A DNA stretch of 64,000 nucleotides from an uncultured Nitrososphaeraceae archaeon (GTDB lineage: Archaea; Thermoproteota; Nitrososphaeria; Nitrososphaerales; Nitrososphaeraceae), in the NCBI GenBank assembly GCA_963837175.1, contig CAWIMJ010000034.1, forward strand, positions 129,055 to 193,054, in the 5' to 3' direction. The translations under genes were made by a program, and so were the position numbers. Below, in pieces: positions 60,524-64,000 of the stretch; position 1 is the stretch's first letter; the number at the start of each line of letters is the position of its first letter. The notes beneath the pieces were generated by a model. The model did not search any database. It had not been told where the DNA came from and saw only the letters and a list, made by a program, of their open reading frames with translations.

Positions 60524-61215
60524 TCATCTATTCTTCCTTATTAGATCTTCTTTCAATTGTTTAAACTCTTCTTCTGTTAGTATTCCTTCTTCTTTTAGCT
60601 TTGCAAATTTGCGTAATTCATCTGCAATTGAAATTGACTGATTGAAGGGTACAGTATACTCTTTGGATTCAAGTAATTCGGAGGAGGGTTTTTGTTTTTT
60701 TGAAAGTGCAGATTTACTACTACTTTGCATACCGAACGAATTATTTCAACCAAATCTTATGCCTTATCCTTTAGAATGGCTTCAATTATGCCTCCTTAAT
60801 CATTATCTTCGCCACCATCAACTATACTATTCATCATTCCTAACCTAGTTGAGCTCAATAATCCTGGCGCCTTAAATCTGATTGTAGAGGATAACAACCC
60901 TTTTTCCAGTTTTATACTTGTAATTATATCATATGGAATATCTACTACATTTTCTTTTATCCCAAGCATATATGGATCTCTGATTATGATTCTTCTATCT
61001 GTTGCATAGACGATGTTTGGTGTAAAATGAGAACCACCTGGTTTTAACCTTGATTGTCTTGCAACAAGGAATACTCTTTCATCTGAATTTAGCATTTCAG
61101 TTATTTTACTAGTTTCCTCTAAATCATCTGCTCCATATGTTGAGACCTTCTTAACATATGGAGAATCTTCTTTGTCTTGTTTGCTGCCATAGAAGCCAAA
61201 AGGCATATTATACAA
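60524..61215 (-). pseudogene. Bacterial PH-domain plus SHOCT protein with nonsense mutations
   Basis: ATDRRIIIRDP.MLG...; GEDND*GGIIEAI; SHOCT IADELRKFAKLKEEGILTEEEF..LK. Confidence 0.8.
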
Positions 61216-61303
61216 TATAGCTCTAGAAAGTCTTATTTAAGAAATATGCTAGGTTGGATTAGTTAGATAGCGTTAACAAAAATATATTATTTCTTAGAAT
61301 AGT

Positions 61304-61600
61304 TTACATCAATAATATCCTTATTGTCAAAGTTATTTTTTGATTCACTTGATATTTTGAAAGTTTATCAATTAATTTACTAATCATTTTTTGCTGCTGA
61401 AATATCAAAGCCATAAACAATGATTCAGTAGAGTTGTATTCGCCTTTAGCGTTGAAGGCTTTAGTGTATTCTTCTTTTTGACATTCATTTAACATCTTGT
61501 TGAAAAGAATACTCTCTTCTTCCCTCAAAGCATATTCAAAATTACTCCAGGATTTTATTTCCTTCGTAATTATGTTTTCTTGTTCTTCTTCCTTTGTCAT
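61304..61600 (-). CDS. Hypothetical protein
   Basis: EIKSWSNFEYALREE...ESLFMALIFQQQKMI; likely start at MTKEEE. Confidence 0.65.
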   Translation of the reverse strand: MTKEEEQENIITKEIKSWSNFEYALREEESILFNKMLNECQKEEYTKAFNAKGEYNSTESLFMALIFQQQKMISKLIDKLSKYQVNQKITLTIRILLM

Positions 61601-61755
61601 ATATGTATTCCTATAATACTCTACTGTTGACGGGTCTAATTTAAGAATTAAAACACCAATCAGGGAAAGAGGGAGTAGCCTATATATTGTTTGGTTCATA
61701 ATCTGCAATACTTGATCACCAAAGATAGACTTATGATCTTACAGCAATCATAGAA

Positions 61756-61968
61756 GTGACAGATGTTAAGGAAAAGATAACAGATGTAGAAAAACATATA
61801 TCAAAATTTCCAAACATCTGTGCTGTTTGTGATATAACTGGATTATCAGATATGTTAATAGTTACAAAATTCAAAAATCGAAAAGAACTTAAATTCCACG
61901 AAATAGAGACCTACATCAGAAGTAACTGGGTTCCAAAGGGCCTTGTTCCTTTTGCCCTGAAGATTTGA
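61756..61968 (+). pseudogene. Lrp/AsnC ligand-binding domain fragment
   Basis: ISKFPNICAVCDITGLSDMLIVTKFKNRKEL; HTH missing. Confidence 0.7.
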
Positions 61969-62332
61969 CGATCCTGTAGTACATGGAGGACAACCAATTT
62001 GGTTAATTTGTTTTATTTGAAATGCTGAAATATACTTTCAGAATTAGTCATCAATTGAATATTATTAATTATTTTAATTAGATAAATTATAATTGTCATC
62101 AAATTAGCCTTTGAAACATGAAGTATTGAAAATTTTGAAAGTACATATATATATTTTCTCAACTTTATAACACATCAGTAACAGTATTGTCAGATAATAA
62201 CCAAAGATCTATAACTTGGCTAATTCGAGCTTGGATAGGAAAAAATTGGCGAAATTTGCTGTAGAGAAAAATAGATCCATCCATCGTTTGCAGGTCGAGT
62301 GCTGTATAACAAAGGACCATAAGTGATCTATA

Positions 62333-63188
62333 ATGCTTAAGCGCAAGTTCGGTTGGACTGATGTAAAGGTACCGGTGATTGGTCAAGGTACATGGATGAT
62401 TGAGGGAGATCCAAATACCGAGCGGCTCGCGGTTGAGGCACTCCGGCTAGGGCTTGACCTAGGACTCACCCACATTGATACTGCAGAGATGTACGGCAAC
62501 GGTCATGTAGAAGAATTGGTGGCTGAAGCCATCGCCGGTCGACGTGACGAGGTTTTTTTAGTTAGCAAGGTTCTACCCTCCAATGCCTCATATGAAGGTA
62601 CTCTGAGGGCTTGCAAGCAAAGCCTGAAACGACTAAAGACTGACTGGCTTGACTTGTACTTGTTGCACTGGCCTAGCAATAATATCCCCATAGGAGAGAC
62701 CATGCGTGCGATGGAAAAGCTTGTGGCAGAAGGCCTAGTCCGGTTCATCGGCGTCAGTAACTTTGACTTGGAAGAACTAAAGGAGGCTGAGGACTCACTT
62801 CGCAACGAGCGAATGGCGTGCGATCAGGTATTGTATCATCTGGGTTATCGGGGGATCGAACGGCATCTATTGCCGTATTGCACTGAGCAGGGAATAACTG
62901 TGGTGGGTTACTCACCATTTGGACATGGCAATTTTCCTTCTCCACAAAGTGCTGGTGGTCGAGTATTGACTAAGATCGCTGAGCGACACAGTCGCACTCC
63001 ACGGCAGGTTGTGCTTAACTTTCTGACTCGCCATAGCTGCGTCTTCACGATTCCTAAGAATAGCCGCCCGGAGCGTGCTAGAGAGAATAGCGGCGGTGTA
63101 GGTTGGGAGCTGACGGAGGACGAAGTCGACTGCTATCAATAAGGCCTTTCCCGTTCCTGACCACGACGTACCTCTGGAGATGATTTAA
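62333..63188 (+). CDS. Aldo/keto reductase, frameshift in final codons
   Basis: IGQGTW, HIDTAEMYG, LDLYLLHWP, IGVSNF, YSPFG; shifted tail AINKAFPVP...LEMI. Confidence 0.9.
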
Positions 63189-63727
63189 GAAGCAGAAGCC
63201 AGACTACCGAGGAAGCAAAGAAGAAAACAGTGAGTACAGAAGATATATCGGAGGACCTCCCTTATGGCTTTCATATGATGCTGCTCAAATCAAATCACTT
63301 GGGATTACAGATTTACACGTAGTAGTCGTCATCATACGCTACTGTGTAGGACAGTATAGGCTGCCCAGCTTTGACCCACCAGCCTACTATGGAAAACTAT
63401 TCTATTAATAATAGATAGAAAAATCAATCCTCCCATACAGGAATTAAACTCCTACCGATCTCCAATATAACTATGGGTTCTACAATCATGTCAAATTGAT
63501 TCACAAATCATTGGCTCCATCTAATTTGAATTAGTTATTTTTGTCAAAAAATTTATCATTGCAATGTTAATAGAGCACACTTTTGAGCCTCTTTACATGC
63601 ATCACTCAAAACTCCCTTGTACCAGATAGCTGCATCAAAATCATAAATAATAAAGCAATTTAAATATATCTATTTACATCTATATCTATACACATTGCTA
63701 TTGTTTATTGAATTAAATATTAGACTT

Positions 63728-64000
63728 TCATTGAATACAGCGTTTACAAACGATGTCGACGATTCTTCTGTATCTCCTCTTGTCGTCTTGCAATTTCTAT
63801 ATCTTCTTCTGTAGTATTATCCCTTAGTTCCCCACGAGATTCTTTTTCCAAATGATCCCTTCTATCCTCATCAGTAGTGAAGATAGAACCGCATACAAAG
63901 CATTGAAAATCAGAAGTCACTTTTGGTATCTTATCAGATCTATTATTGGATGAACCAAAACTCTTAGCCATCTATTACATATATTTTCATTTATACCAGA
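63728..64000. repeat. Direct duplication of 58850-59122 including Zn-finger gene copy 2 (63744-63971, minus)
   Basis: Offset 4878 bp, three mismatches seen, identical protein; runs to window edge. Confidence 0.95.

Overview
AT-rich, low-coding-density archaeal DNA, most likely a soil ammonia-oxidising Nitrososphaeraceae (Thaumarchaeota) genome. This is inferred from gene content: PsbP-like, YVTN propeller, cupredoxin, stand-alone receivers, many small Zn-finger proteins and IS6 elements. A few long genes are intact (topA, HtrA, SdhA/NadB-family flavoprotein, two patatins, a ferritin-like/cyclase fusion) among many frameshifted or nonsense-interrupted accessory genes. Two loci stand out. (1) 3.9-7.0 kb: a cyanobactin-like protease cassette (PatA/PatG-type S8 peptidase plus stand-alone PatG-DUF protein) downstream of a leader plus Cys-rich peptide whose Cys pattern continues through two in-frame TAA stops. 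(2) 32.7-43.5 kb: a caspase island with two C14 peptidases, a Pepco/Trypco-like small protein plus a broken partial copy, a receiver domain, and a TPR-transmembrane-beta-propeller receptor-like gene directly abutting one caspase. Also present: an IS6 composite unit with an apparent 8-bp target duplication, a ~30-bp dispersed repeat (3 copies), decayed restriction-modification genes and a 273-bp duplication at the right edge. No rRNA, tRNA or CRISPR array was seen. All family calls are from motif recognition by eye, not database searches.
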